From positions 34,412,001 through 34,476,000 of the forward strand of contig CM097885.1 in assembly GCA_044892525.1 (NCBI GenBank): a stretch of 64,000 nt of DNA. Reading direction: 5' to 3'. The notes beneath the pieces were generated by a model, which was given only the letters and a program-made list of their open reading frames with translations, was not told the origin of the DNA and made no database searches. Of this stretch, positions 20,163 through 33,497 are shown piece after piece. The DNA is from Schmidtea polychroa. Its lineage: Eukaryota. The stretch's first letter is position 1. The number at the start of each line of letters is the position of its first letter. The position numbers were made by a program, and so were the translations under genes.

Positions 20163-20436
20163 TGTGGTATTTGGGGAATTGTGATTGGCCCATTATAGTT
20201 GTAAATGTGTGAGGCGACTTACTATAATTTAGTTTTTATCTGATGATAGGATGTTGATGAGGAAGGGTCGTTATTAAAATAGACCTGATATTTTACAGCG
20301 TCCTCCTTGGAGTGATGTGTGTCACTCTTACTAAATTTAGAGTTAAGGGGATTCAATTTATATTATATACTAATTATATTAATAAAATTTTTTATTAATA
20401 ATAATGCTAAAATTAATAGTAAAATCCTTCGTTACA
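20163..20436 (-). repeat. Putative 3' LTR of the Gypsy element
   Basis: Minus strand: purine tract GAGGTGAGGGG-AT, then TGTAAC..ACCACA. Confidence 0.5.
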
Positions 20437-20447
20437 ATCCCCTCACC

Positions 20448-21726
20448 TCATGTCGATATGCACTTCGCGTTTCGTGGTTTAAAGTAAACTGCATCACCAA
20501 CTTGGAACGACGTGTCCTGTGTCTTCTTTTCTGTATAACGAGCGCCAACTTCTTTCCAACAATATGAAAACACGGATGAAGACGGTAGCGTTCCGCACTT
20601 GTCATTGAGTGCTAGGTTATACCAATATACCATTTCCAATATTCCCTTGTTGGTTCTTGCTGCATTGCGTTTAATTGTACGATGGTTCCGTTCGATTATG
20701 CCGTTTCCCGATGGCCGATAAGCACATCGAAACACACATTTCACACCAAATTTGCGACACAGTACTTTCATTTGTATCGACCGAAATGATGTCGCATTAT
20801 CAATTACCAGCTCATCGGGGGAACCTCCTTCTCTAAAGATCTGTTCAAGATTCCGTGTAATGGTCTCCGCGTCTTCACCTATTATTTCTCTCCACAGAGC
20901 AAAACGACCCGGTCCACAATCAATCATAGTTAAATAAAGCTTACTTAGATAGTGTGTAACATCCATAGCCAGTCTCTTCCACGTCTCCTTAACGCTTAAC
21001 TTTCCATGCTCCCATTTTACAGGCGCCGGATCGATAGATTGACATTCTGAACATTCACTAATTATAGCCTTTACATCCGGGCAAAGTTCCTTTGCAAAAT
21101 ACAACGTCTTCTTGGCACCGAAATGGTGCTGTCTATGACTTTCTCGTAACACTTGGCTCACAACAGCAACGGTGCTTGCAGTTGGTTCGACACACGATTT
21201 AATCCATGTCAGCCATTTATTACTGACTCTTGTCAGTGCATCTGCTTTGTTTTTATCTGTCGGGACAAACTCAACCGCGATCGTTAAGTCATAGCTTTTT
21301 CGTAATTCACAAATGATCTGCAGACGTCTTCGGACTAGCATCTCAGCAATTCTGGCAGTATCCGTTAAAACTGTATCTATCCAACTCCTGACGTTATCGG
21401 AATCTGTTGCTACAACTAAGTTGCTTCTTTCACAGCTGATGGCTAAGTTAATTCCCTTTATCACAGCGTCTAACTCTGCAAGGTTTATATGAGCAAAATC
21501 GTTTTTCTTTCTCATCCATGATGCATCTTCGACGATTTTTCCTGATATTTCTAACGGAACTCCTAATGCCAGATTGCTCGCATCGCAGCAGACAATCGTA
21601 GATCCGTCCTTGTTTACGTGCCACTCACCAGTCACGGGATCGCTCTCTTTCACAGGATACATCATTTCGTTAACCATTTTTAACGCGATTTTTCCAATCG
21701 TATCATCCCACTTACTTCCAGCACTG
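20448..21726 (-). pseudogene. Gypsy RNase H plus integrase
   Basis: CDAS..HINLAELDA..TDS..NKADALTR; HHFG..CSEC; LAMDVTHY..IDNAT..GIIERNHRT. Confidence 0.9.
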
Positions 21727-21939
21727 TGGTGGGTTACAGGTGGTCAAATGTTTGTTATTTAGTGCTGTTACCAGCGTAACCCAAAATACAACGTTGTTTT
21801 CCGCTTGGTACCCGTTGAGTAATCAACGTTGGTACTGTACCAAGGGGTGGAGTACTCGCAAAAAGTGAGCGCACCAAGGGCACTATAATTGTCGAGTACT
21901 CTATGGATCCACGGACTACCGTTAGAAGGTTTGTGTCCG
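21727..21939 (-). ncRNA. Conserved multi-hairpin RNA structure at the element 1 terminus
   Basis: Four stems that covary with 30376-30593; GCTG-GTAA-CAGC GNRA loop. Confidence 0.6.
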
Positions 21940-22105
21940 ATTTACTCAGGTCCCTTACCGAAATTGTTTTCCCAAACCTCCACACGCAAATTTTCAGTCA
22001 CCAAGCAATTATAAAACAAAATACCTCATATACCAATTTAATAAAATTTAAAAATATACACCAATTTAATAAGACTTAAAATGAATCATTGGCATAACTG
22101 GTTAG

Positions 22106-23162
22106 TCACATCGCAGACGTTTGCGTCGGTGTTGATTTATCTTGGCGTTCCTGTTCGGCCAACCTGGCTTTCTTTAGCTTCTCTCTGATATTGCGTCCTA
22201 GCCGCTTTCGTTTGGGTTTGTTTACCGCAGCCGGGGGGTATATCTCTGCCAATTCTACGGTCAGCGGCCGGATTTGTCTCATCGCGGCTTTGTGTATAAA
22301 TTGCTCGTTGTGCTTGCTTTCTAGCGCGCGCACTTGTAATTTCAATGCGCAGATCTCCATCTGGTCCTGGGTGGCTTGGGCTTGAAGTTGGAGGATTTGT
22401 GCGGTCTTTTTCTTCATATCTGCGGGGCTGAACCAGGTGCCCTCGAATTCCCGGCACTTCCACTTGAGTTTGTCGACCCGGACTCGGAGATCTTCGGCCT
22501 GTTTTTGGGCCTGTTCCCGATCTTATTTTAGAATAATTTAAACACTAAAACATAAAGGAATTCATTACCCGCATCCATACAAAAGGAAATTCATTTAATC
22601 ATATAGTAAGATAATTAATTAACGTAGGTCGCCCGACCACTAAGGTGTACTGTAATCGCTAAAACCCACAACTTGACAACAACATCATTTATTAACTGAG
22701 GTACATAAGGAAAATTATAATTAGCTAATTTATTATATGAGATACCAAAGAAAACTGGTTAAGACAAGTCAAATATCATTTGTCATAATACAAAGTGTAA
22801 GGATCGTCAATAGTTCACGCTGCGTACTTACGGGGCCTTCCTCTCTTTCGTGAGTGCGCCTCGGCGTCTTCCAACTCTTCCAAGGGCACTACTTCCCTTT
22901 TGGCCCGGAGCTGGAGCTCGATCTTCTTCAGCCGCATTTAAGCAGCCTCCACTTCGATGGCCGCTCGATCGCGGGCCTCCTGTAGTAAGTCGTTCGTGGG
23001 TTCCGTCTTCACCCACGCCGGGGCGTCAGGTTCTGGGCCAAAATTATCCAGATCCAGACCGCGGTTCCAATCATGAATGCCGTACCAGATGTACCGGGTA
23101 CGGAGCCGGGTGATCATCTGCCCATCGGCTTCCCCATCGCTGTAATCGTCAGAGTGAGACAT
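22106..23162 (-). pseudogene. Two-exon coiled-coil gene in element 1 (exons 23162-22832 and 22544-22106), degenerate
   Basis: Homologous to 28897-30274 (RLRTRYIWYGIHDW; CREFEGTWFSPADMKK); GTAAGT donor at 22831; acceptor at 22545; premature stop at 22938. Confidence 0.7.
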
Positions 23163-26100
23163 TCCTACAATGCAAATCTAAATCAGGACACTTTACACAA
23201 ACTGAGATGAGTCTTTAAACACAGGATTTTTATTAACTCCTTCCCCAACCTACTAATTCACTCTGCCATCGTTCAACCCTAAGAACTCTAAAATACCCGC
23301 CGAAAACATAGACGGGCGGACGAAAACAGGGGTGGTACTAAGATATTGCCCGAGTTTTAATTATAACATGAAGTTTATGAAACTTATCGAATAAAATGAT
23401 GATAAAGACGTACGGAGAAAGGGCATCAGCCACGGAGTTCTTCATTACAACTTTGCATTCTAAATTAACTATTTCTTAGGTTTGTAACTTAGTTGACGAA
23501 TTTAATGGAGTAATATAACTAGCGAAATAACTACAACTATAACTTAGAATTCCGAAATTGAATTTTCTTATTTTATCCTTTAAATTAATAAATAAAAAAA
23601 ATTTAATAACCCCAAGTATTAATGTAATAAATCCTACACCTTATCTGATAATATCCTAAAAATTATTGAAAATTCATTTTGTTTAACTTAACTATTTGAG
23701 TTTTCAGAATTTTGTTTACCACTAGATGGTAATTTAAAATTTAATATATGAATTTTTTATGATTTTATGAAATCGGGTAATTTACCACTAAACTCGGGTA
23801 CATCGGGGCGATAAGTATTAGTGGCGAGCTTAGTTTCTCGTTTGCTTACTTCTCCCTCGGTTGTGCTCGTCATGAGTGGTGCAATCTCCTTTTGCTAGTT
23901 TGGAAGTAATTTATTTATTAGCAATAAATTTTCATTTTCAGGTACGTTTGATGGGAATTTTTTTCTCGGACGGAGATGGTTAATTTTAACTTTGAGAGGT
24001 TGTCATACGACTCCTTGCTGGTAATTTCGTTTTATGGTTTATAACGATTTCACACTTGTAATTTGTTAATAATAAAGTTTAGTATTTCCTTGTGACAATG
24101 CTTTTATATTTTATGTAAAGTACAAATTCATAATTTATTAATAATTTATAAAGTTGTCTTTTATATATTTCGGTAATCTGTACTATTTGTCTCCATACTT
24201 TACTGGTAATTCAAATAAACTTAATTAATCATTTCAAGTTATTAAGGCAAGTTTTATCTAGCTCCTAGTTTCAGGGGAGCTAAGTTAGCTAAGATGTTTC
24301 CGTTACTGCTAAGCTTGGGCCAAATCAAATTATTATATAAGTATATTTACTTACATTTACACATATACCTATATGTATACACCCGCCCATATCCTTAATT
24401 AAAATTAATAGCCATAACATTTTCTCCGGGGGGGAGTGTTACTAAAAATAGATTTTAGGAATTGTGACAGTTCTTATTGGAGCAAAGGGTGTCGATTCTA
24501 AATTTAGTTGTGGGGGGAAATCCTAAATCGATAATTCGATCAAATTTTGATTTTTTGGTAGATAATAATATAATAATAGTGTTGGGCTAGAACTGACTTC
24601 TAGACCCAAATTTCTAATTGTGACCGAAATGTGTAGGTACACAGCATGCAAAAAGCAAAAAAGTATAGTTAAATATTAAAACTACACCAAATAACCCATA
24701 GTAATTAAAGGAAAAAACAACAAAAACCTAAAACACAGAAATTAAATAAAATTATACAAAAACAAGAAGTTATGCAAAATCTAACTCAAAAATAGCCAAA
24801 TAAACACAGAGTTACAAAAAAACAAACTCGAATAACTTAAAAGATGGTAAAAATAGCAAAAAATTCCAGGAAAACCCAGAACATTCCATAAAAATGGCGA
24901 TGACCATCATAAAAGCTACCTTAAACAATAAAATTTAGAAAAATAAATAAATTAGTATTAAAAATAAAATTTCTTAAAAAGAAATTCGTAAAATATCAGT
25001 TAAAAATAAAAATTGAATTAAAAGTAATATGGAATGTTCTGGAACCGTTCCAAATCCATCATGGAGGAAAAATTAGCAAAAAATATTTAGGAAATAAAAT
25101 TTTAAAAATAAAAATAAAAATTATGACGCAAAAATCGCCATTAAAAATATCATAATTACAAAATAGAAACGTCTGGAATAAAAAGAATTCGAGTTTGTTT
25201 TAATGCATCAATACATACACGTGTACAAAATAGGTATATATACCGACGCATTTTCGTCACAATTCAGATATTTTTGTATGCCAAAAAATTTTTCTGCCGA
25301 ATTTTCGAACCATATTGAAAGTAAGGATGGTATATTTATTGTATAACTATTATTCATTTTTATGATATATTATAATGATTCTAATTTTTGTCACCTTTTT
25401 ATTATGATCCGATTATTCACAACAAGAGTGACCAGCGTCGTCGTGAGCGGATTACATCCACGACGCTGATCAGCCTTGTTTCCAATAACTACTTCACATG
25501 CACGATACGGGTCTACGACCCCACATGCACTAAATTTCAATTTTTTTACCGGAAGGTCGCCACGAACAAATGGTTTCTAACCAGGAGTAGGGCGGTAAAT
25601 CCATCCAGGTAGTTGGCATAGTCGCAGGGACTATGCGGACGAAATAAAATGCGGGCAAATAATCGCGGGAAACATATTACAATAAGGCCTATCGTACCGT
25701 ATTCAGTTGAATCGGGAAAGTAGGAAAATTTTAATTAATTCGACCTTCCGGTAAACGACACATCTAAAGTACACACTCAAATATTCTATAGGAAATACAT
25801 CATTAGGAACAGCTAAACGGGAAAGATCCCAGACTCAATTTATCACAAAAGTTATCAAGTAGTCGGCTAATTGCACAAACTATCATTCAATATGCTCAAT
25901 ATTAACTATTGTTATTAGATTTTATTGATATTATTCATAATTATGTTCGATTTTAAAGATAATCTAATCACGTTCAATGATATATTAATTACAAGTCTTT
26001 ATCCTTACCTTATGGGTATTGGAATTCTATTTTGCCTTAATAGTAATATCACCCCCAGAATTATTATCATTATCCTCACCACCCTTCTCTCGTTATCTCC

Positions 26101-26269
26101 ATAGAGAGTGTGTCATTACCATCAGTACGAAATTGCATAAATCAGCAGATTAAATTTAAAGGGCAATCTTCCTTACCAATGTCGTAAAGTCGTCGAATCA
26201 CCAGTTCATGGTTATAACCCAACTGGAATGTGTACAACTTACCTGGTTTCATAAATGGTTCCTTGAATT

Positions 26270-26770
26270 ATATATTTATGGTCCGATTCATAAATATCCT
26301 AACTGGTTCTGGTATAGATATTTATCTTATGAAGTATTAAAATGATAGTTGGTAAATTTTCATTCATAAATATCCTAACTTATTATGATGTGTATCTTCA
26401 TCCTATAAAATATTAAAATGATAGTTTGTAGATTTTTATTCATAAATACCCTACTCATCCTGATGTATATATTTATCCTATAAAATATTAAAATGATAGT
26501 AAATTTTCATTCGTAAGTATCCTAACTTATTCTGAGGTATATATTTATCTTATAAAATATTAAAATGATAGCTTGTAAAATTTCATGCATAAATATCCTA
26601 CCTTATGTTGATATCTATATTTACTTATAAAATGTAAAAATGATAGTTTATGAATTCTCATAAGACGATCCTCTGAATTATATACTTACCGTCCAGTACC
26701 TAAAAATCCTAATTTATTTTGATATATAATTAACTTACAAAATGTCAAAATGATAAATCTACGTAACTAG
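26270..26770. repeat. ~60-bp degenerate minisatellite
   Basis: Recurrent TTCATAAATATCCTAACT..TATAAAATATTAAAATGATAG. Confidence 0.7.
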
Positions 26771-27069
26771 CCTCTATGTTATATATTTACCTAATTGTCC
26801 TAGATTCACTTAATTTTATATATATTTAGCTTATATAATATGGAACTACTAATTTATAAATATTCATAAACATCCCCCCTGAATCCTATCTTCATTATCT
26901 ATTGTACTAATATCCGAAAGTAACCTATCCAATATATACTTAGTCTGTAAAATGGTAAACTAATAATTTCATGAACACCCCCCCCCCCCTGAATTATACA
27001 TTTATTACCAACTGCATAAAACTTACACTTCTTATCAGGATTAACCTTATCGTTATTGCCATTATTAGC

Positions 27070-27276
27070 ATTGCTATTGTATTATCTTTAATGTTACGAT
27101 TATGATTATCGTTATTATTATTATTATTATTATTAGTATTATCATTATTATTATTGGTAATGTATCACTATTATTACTATTTCTATTATTATAATCATTA
27201 TTATTAAAAATTATTATTGTTATTATCATTATTATTATCATTACCATTATTATTATCATTACCAATACTATTAATT

Positions 27277-27308
<32 letters not shown>

Positions 27309-27350
27309 TTATTATTACCCTTAATATTATTATTATTATTATTATTAGTA
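27070..27350. repeat. Imperfect (ATT)n microsatellite
   Basis: Direct reading. Confidence 0.9.
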
Positions 27351-28896
27351 ACATGATTATCAATAGCATGTTACTATTAATAGGAAAATTCGAAACCGAC
27401 AGTATCGATTTTTTTTTCTTCCCCTCATAACAAAGTTAGACCAATAATACCGCTTCTATTATTAGTAACAACCCTGCAAACCAAGGGTTACCCCCTACGA
27501 ACTACTCCTAACTGACCGAATAGGTGGCACCTACTCTCCCCTACACGAGCCAATCGCCATCGACCATGTCAGTCGGAACTCTAATCTTTCGATGAAACCT
27601 ATCCCACCCATGCGAATTTAACCCTTGTTACCCCAGAAGTAGATCGCGTGTAAGCCACGGAGCCTAGTCCCCGAAAGTGACGGTCTGAATCGGAATACCC
27701 ACTCAATAGGACCAAAAGTAAGGAATAATAACCAGTCGTGATTCTAACTATATAGGTTCTCATGAGGAGTTAACAAAATTAATCGATAAGTATTAACTTA
27801 CGTCAAACAAAATTACTTAAATAGGAATCAACAAAAGCGAGAATGTATTTAATAAAATCAAAAATTTTGTTTACAAAACTATTCTAATCACAAAAGGAAT
27901 CTTACTGGTAATATTAAGGAGTGTCTAGAAGGGGACAACTCAGAAAAACTCGAATCCCAATTTTCACTTTAAATTCATGTAGCGTAGATCATTAAAATCA
28001 TGAAACAACCATGAAATTCCAAAAGTCTTTCCCTAAATGGCCACGAATTGGGAGTATAGCCATGCTTTAGATTCCATTAAACAGTAATAGCTCCAATACG
28101 GTGGATGATTGAAATACAAAACACTGAGGGATTAGAGACCCATTCCTGAAATTATACAACTACGACAGATAAAAACTTCAACTTACTGTCGAGCACCAGC
28201 TGAGGAAAGAGCCGCTTACAACCACTATGGTCAGGGATTCACAAAGAGCTGAATACAAATTCATACAATTCGCGACATCCACTTCCCATAGTGGGTTAGA
28301 GCAGCCAAATTCTAATAACTCCGTAAATAACGGATTTCCTTTTGAAAGTTAACTCATCAAATTAACAAATAAAATATTTTTGTTTAATTAACTTAAACAA
28401 CAGATAGTTTAATATTGAATTTATAAAATATAAATTAAATTTTTTTTATATTAATTATTCAATCTGTAGTAGCGACGTTTGATTTATTTTATTAGTACTT
28501 AATTTTTGGGTTTAATTCATAAATTACCCTTTTATGGTATTGATTATTAAATTGACAAGAGGGACTTTACAGTTATTTCGTAAAAATTTCGTTAAGGTTA
28601 AGTCATCCATTTGGACTATCAACCCAGTGAAAACTAGGATGATAAAACTCGGACTTCTAGTACGCGAACAAAAAGCAAGGTGGTAGAGTCGACTAAAGCT
28701 AGTAGAAGGGGGTATAAAAGCGATTACGAAAAGTAGCTCATAATTTAAACTAAACCGCATACAGAGACTATGGTCGATTGGGCGAAATGCACATCAGATT
28801 AGAATGTAACTTTGAAGGCATATTCAGACGGATTGAAATAACCCCGTAGTGGAAGAGCCAGGAGTCGTTCTAAATGCCTCTTTTATCATTGCAGAT

Positions 28897-30274
28897 ATGT
28901 CCAACACCATGGTATGGAACGCACAGGCCGGACCCTCATCCTCCGATTCAAGCCGCGAACCAACTCGCGAGGAGACAGACGAAGCCGTACGATTACGGGA
29001 GGACGCAGAGGTTGCTCGCCTAAGGTCCCGGTGGATATGGTACAAAATCCACGATTGGACCTACCAGAATGTGGTTCCAGTGACCCCGAAGATCGAACCG
29101 TATATTAACTATACGTCACTGGCTCTGAGCGACGCCTTCGACAATGTGAAGGAGGCGGTGGACCGACTGGACCGGCTCGAAACATCAGTCCTGGCCGGCG
29201 AGTTGGAAGACATCGACGGCTACGCCCGGGCCCAGTGCCACCCAAAGCGGACCGCAGCTCTTCCCGGGGACTGGAGTGCCTACGAACTTCTCGACGGGGA
29301 CCGGAACCGGCGAGAAAACGCGGGCGTCCGCGGAAAACCCGCCCAACTCAACCAAGATAATCGCCGGGCCAAATATCCGCACCTTGTGATACGACTTCGA
29401 GTGGACTCGCTTTCCGATACAATTGATAATGATGATCTTACTCACTATAATGATTAGCATGTCTCGACTTCGTTATCATCGCAGTGTAAAGTGTGGTTGT
29501 CATGCAATTCTGTATTTGATTTTCTTTTAACCTATGTGCAAAGTGTTATTCTTTTATGTTTTGTTTATTAATATTAAGCTAATTGTTTGGATTCCCTTAT
29601 TGTATACGTATATACTGATATTCCTCTAAATGTTGACTATTATTACCAACCTCATAACATCTTAGTGAAACTCATAGGACTGGATTTGGGGTTTAGGTGC
29701 GCACTGATGCGGGCTGCGACGGGGAGATTATAGCTTATGCCACAATGGTGTTAGCGATATAACGTGGATACTTGACGAAAGTGCGAAAAGATACTAATTT
29801 TTACTTATTTCAGTGTTAAAACTCCTGGAAGAAATGAGAACAGACAGAGAGAGGGCGCAACAACAAGTAGAAGAATACCGGGCCAAGTTAATGCGACTTA
29901 AAGCCCATTGCCGAAATTTCGAGAGCACCTGGTTCCCGCCCACAGAGATGAAGAAGCGAATGAAACTCATCACTCAACTGCAACTCCAGAGCGCCCAAGA
30001 TCAAGTTGAGTTGCGGGCCCTCCGCCTGAGAGTGAGAGAGCTGGAGGTCCAGTCACACCAACAAAACCTTGATCGAGAGGTCATCTCCAGGATCCGCCCT
30101 ATGAATGAGCTGCTCCACCAACGAAAGGAATGTGCAGCGTCGAAGATCTCGAAGAAAAAGATCCAGCCGGGTAAAGCGGCGCGGGCGAAAATCCGCCAAG
30201 CCTGTCAGGCCCAAGTGACACTCAAGGCTACTTCGTCAGAGTCTGCACCGAAAGAACCGACTATAACCCTATGA
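28897..30274 (+). CDS. Spliced coiled-coil gene of unknown function in element 2 (exon from 28897; exon 29814-30274)
   Basis: Two GC-richer ORFs homologous to those of element 1; TACTAAT..TTTCAG acceptor at 29813; CATTGCAG acceptor 2 nt before the ATG; donor not identified. Confidence 0.6.
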
Positions 30275-30375
30275 GTTTTGATTTTGTGTTGTGAATAAAT
30301 ATTACGGGTGTATTCATATCTGGGCATTTCGAATTTGCCATAATGTCGATTTTCGGAATGGGGACTAAAGAAAAT

Positions 30376-30593
30376 CGGACATAGGCCTTCTATCGGCAGT
30401 CCGTGAACCCTCGTGGGTACTAGACAATTATAGTATGCTAGGCATGCTCACTTTTTGCTAGTGCCCAAACCCTTGATACAGTACCAACGTTGATTGCTCA
30501 ACGGGTATCAAGTGGTCAGCTATAAATTGTATTCTGGGTTACGCTGGAAACAGCATGAGGGGGTAAAGATTTTTCAGTACCTGTAACCCACCA
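30376..30593 (+). ncRNA. Conserved multi-hairpin RNA structure ending in a 7-bp stem plus ACCA
   Basis: Compensatory changes relative to 21727-21939; G-U pairs and a GCTG-GAAA-CAGC loop on this strand. Confidence 0.6.
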
Positions 30594-30597
<4 letters not shown>

Positions 30598-30669
<72 letters not shown>

Positions 30670-30730
30670 TAATAATAATAGTAATAATAATAATGATAAT
30701 AATAATAATAATAATAACGATGATAATAAT
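30598..30730. repeat. (AAT)n microsatellite
   Basis: Direct reading. Confidence 0.95.
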
Positions 30731-30929
30731 ACGAATTATATCTCCTAGTTTAATTTGTATGCATTCATAATTTATAATTCAAGTTTAACATAAAATTATA
30801 CTTTATATTCTTGGCATAGGATCATATATTTAAATGTAACTTAAGATTATGCGTTATAGTTCAGGCAGGTTATCGTTTAGGAATTAGGTATTTAATATTG
30901 AATTCTAGTTTATACTTGAGGCCTCGGAT

Positions 30930-31630
30930 TTATAATTTATATTTCTATACATTATAATTTTTATATAGCTATTTATAATTTATATTTTACTAATCAAAAT
31001 CCATTCTTAATTTATATATAACTGTTTATACTTTATATTTTTATAATCAAAATTGATATATAACTAGTTATAATTTATTTTCTACATTTATAATTTATAT
31101 ATAACTATTTATAACTTGCATTTTATAATCAAATTATATTTATAATTGATATATAACTATCTATAATTTATATTTTTATAATCAAATTTTATATATAACT
31201 ATTTATAATTCGTATTTTTAGAATCAAAATATATTTATAATGTATATATAACTGTTTATAATTTATATTTTATAATCAAAATTTATAAATAACTATTTAT
31301 AATTTATATTTTCGTAGTCAAAATTTATCTATAACTATTTGTAATTTATATTTTATAACCAAAATTTTGCATATAACTATTTATAGTTTGTATTTTAAAA
31401 CCCAGATACATTTTTAATTTATATATAACTAGTTACAATTTATATTTTTATGACTAAAATTTTTATATAAGTATTTATGGGTTGTATTTCTATAATCAAG
31501 ATATATTTACAATTTATATAGCACTATTCATATTTTATACTTTTATAATAAAATTATATTTATAATGTAGGTATAACCATTTATAATTTATTTTTTGATA
31601 ATCGAAATATAGTTATGATTTATATGTCGT
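30930..31630. repeat. AT-rich degenerate minisatellite
   Basis: Recurrent TATATAACTATTTATAATTTATATTTTTATAATCAAAA. Confidence 0.75.
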
Positions 31631-33497
31631 TATTTTGGATTTGGAAATTATAATTTATCATTATCATGAATTTGTAATCTACAGTTTACAGTCAGTATGA
31701 ACTCGCAATTTATACTTCTAGGGAATACAATTTACATTTTCATAACTAATTATAATTTATATTTTTAGGAAATTAGGATTAAAATTTATACTTTATAATT
31801 GTCATAGGGTTACAATTTATAGTTTATCGTTAATATAAATTGGAAATCTTTAATTTCAAGAAATCAAATTTATAATTTATACTTTTATAATTAATCCTAA
31901 TTTCCCTTTAGAAGAAATTAAAACCATAAATATAATCCATAATTCTATTGAGATGATATTTTATACTCTTATGGGTTTATGATTTGTATTTTTATAGTCA
32001 GTTTAAAGTTTATTCAATTTAAAATCTAAATCTGGCCGATACGTATGTCGAACACTCTGATGAATGCCATCACTACTAAATCAATCATTAAAGAAAATCT
32101 TTACTTTACTAGAAAATTTATTTGGGACATTTCCATTCTTAACGTATAGGCAGAGTCGGTTCTGGATGAATTCAACCGTTTATATTAAGTGTGAATTGTA
32201 GAGTTGTGATTAATTTAGGTCTGAGATCTACTCTGTTTATTAACCTTATGTTGTTTGTATTGTAGTGATTTTTAGTGTTGATTTTAATTATGTTATGCAT
32301 TGAAGTCGGGAAGAGTGTTTGCTTTCGCGGCCCCACTGGGACCACTACGACAAAGCTTACTGTTCTGTGGTAAGTCAACCCTTTACGGCTGACCTATAAT
32401 AAATAGGTAGAGTCAGACGGAGGATTTCATCGACTTAACTCCATGACAGGACCATGAGTGGTGCGACCTCCGAATGACCCAAACAATAAAGGAATATAGT
32501 AAAGATAATGCGTGTCTGCATGTTGTTGTGGTAGATTTTATAAATGATTGAATGTAGGACCGAACAGAGACGCAGGTGTATCAATACGCCACTGATCACT
32601 CGTACATCCAAGAAAAAAAAATTTAAAAAGAGTTAGGTTGAGACACAACTAATAATATTAATAAACATGAATAAATAAAATATCAAAGCTTAGGTTGAAA
32701 TACAAATAATAATATCATTAAACATAAATAAAATATCAAAACCTACAATTGAATAAGGTTGCAAGTTTTTTCCAGAAAAAAAATTTGGCATAAAAGAGTG
32801 TTTTTGTGACTAAAATGCGTCGGTATATATACCTATTTTTGTGTGTGCAAGTACACGTGTATGTATTGATGCATTAAAACAAACTCAAATTCTTTTTATT
32901 CTAGAATTTTCTATTTTTTAATTTTGATATTTTTAACGGCAATTTTAGTGCCATAATTTTTGTTTTTATTTTTAAATTTTTATTTTCTAATTATTTCTTG
33001 TTAAATTTACCTCCATGATGGACTTGGAACGGTTCCAGAACATTCCATATTAATTTTAATTTAATTTTTATTTTAATGGTGTTTTTCCTAATTTCTTTAA
33101 GAATTTTTATTTTTATGACTAATTTATTTATTTTTGATAACTTTTATTGTTCCATATGGCTTTTGTGATGGTTATCACCATTTTTATGAAATGTTCGGGG
33201 ATTTTCTAGAATTCTTTACTGTCTTTACTATCTTCTAAGTTATTCGAGTCTGTTTTTCGTAACTCTATGTTTCTTTGCTATTTTTGAGTTAAATTCTTGC
33301 ACAACTTCTTGCATTTGTATTATTTTATTTAATTTCTGGGTTTATATTTTTGTTGTTTTCTCTCTTAATTAATATTGTTTACTTGATGTATTTTTTTTTA
33401 TATTTAACTGTACTTTTTGCTTTTTTGCGTGCTATGTACCTACGCATTCTAGCCACATTTTAGAGTTTTGGGCCTAGAAATCAGTTCTAGCCCAACT

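Larger units (their letters stand above)
24580..30593 (+). mobile_element. Giant solo-LTR-like element 2 (6,014 bp), inserted in opposite orientation into the AAT microsatellite of element 1
   Basis: TGTTGGG..CCCACCA termini; 4-bp TSD ATAG (24576-24579, 30594-30597); both ends homologous to element 1. Confidence 0.8.
21727..33497 (-). mobile_element. Giant solo-LTR-like element 1 (~5.75 kb excluding the nested element 2)
   Basis: TGGTGGG..CCCAAC(T) termini; 4-bp TSD ACTG (21723-21726, 33498-33501); removal restores the Gypsy frame KRHSAG. Confidence 0.75.

Noticed and set aside
27074..27265. Ile-rich ORF
   Set aside because: Translation of the (ATT)n microsatellite.
21721..30599. Reading the giant elements as G[G/T]TGGG-ended DNA transposons with 6-bp TSDs
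   Set aside because: The same junctions parse more simply as TG..CA ends with exact 4-bp TSDs in both elements.
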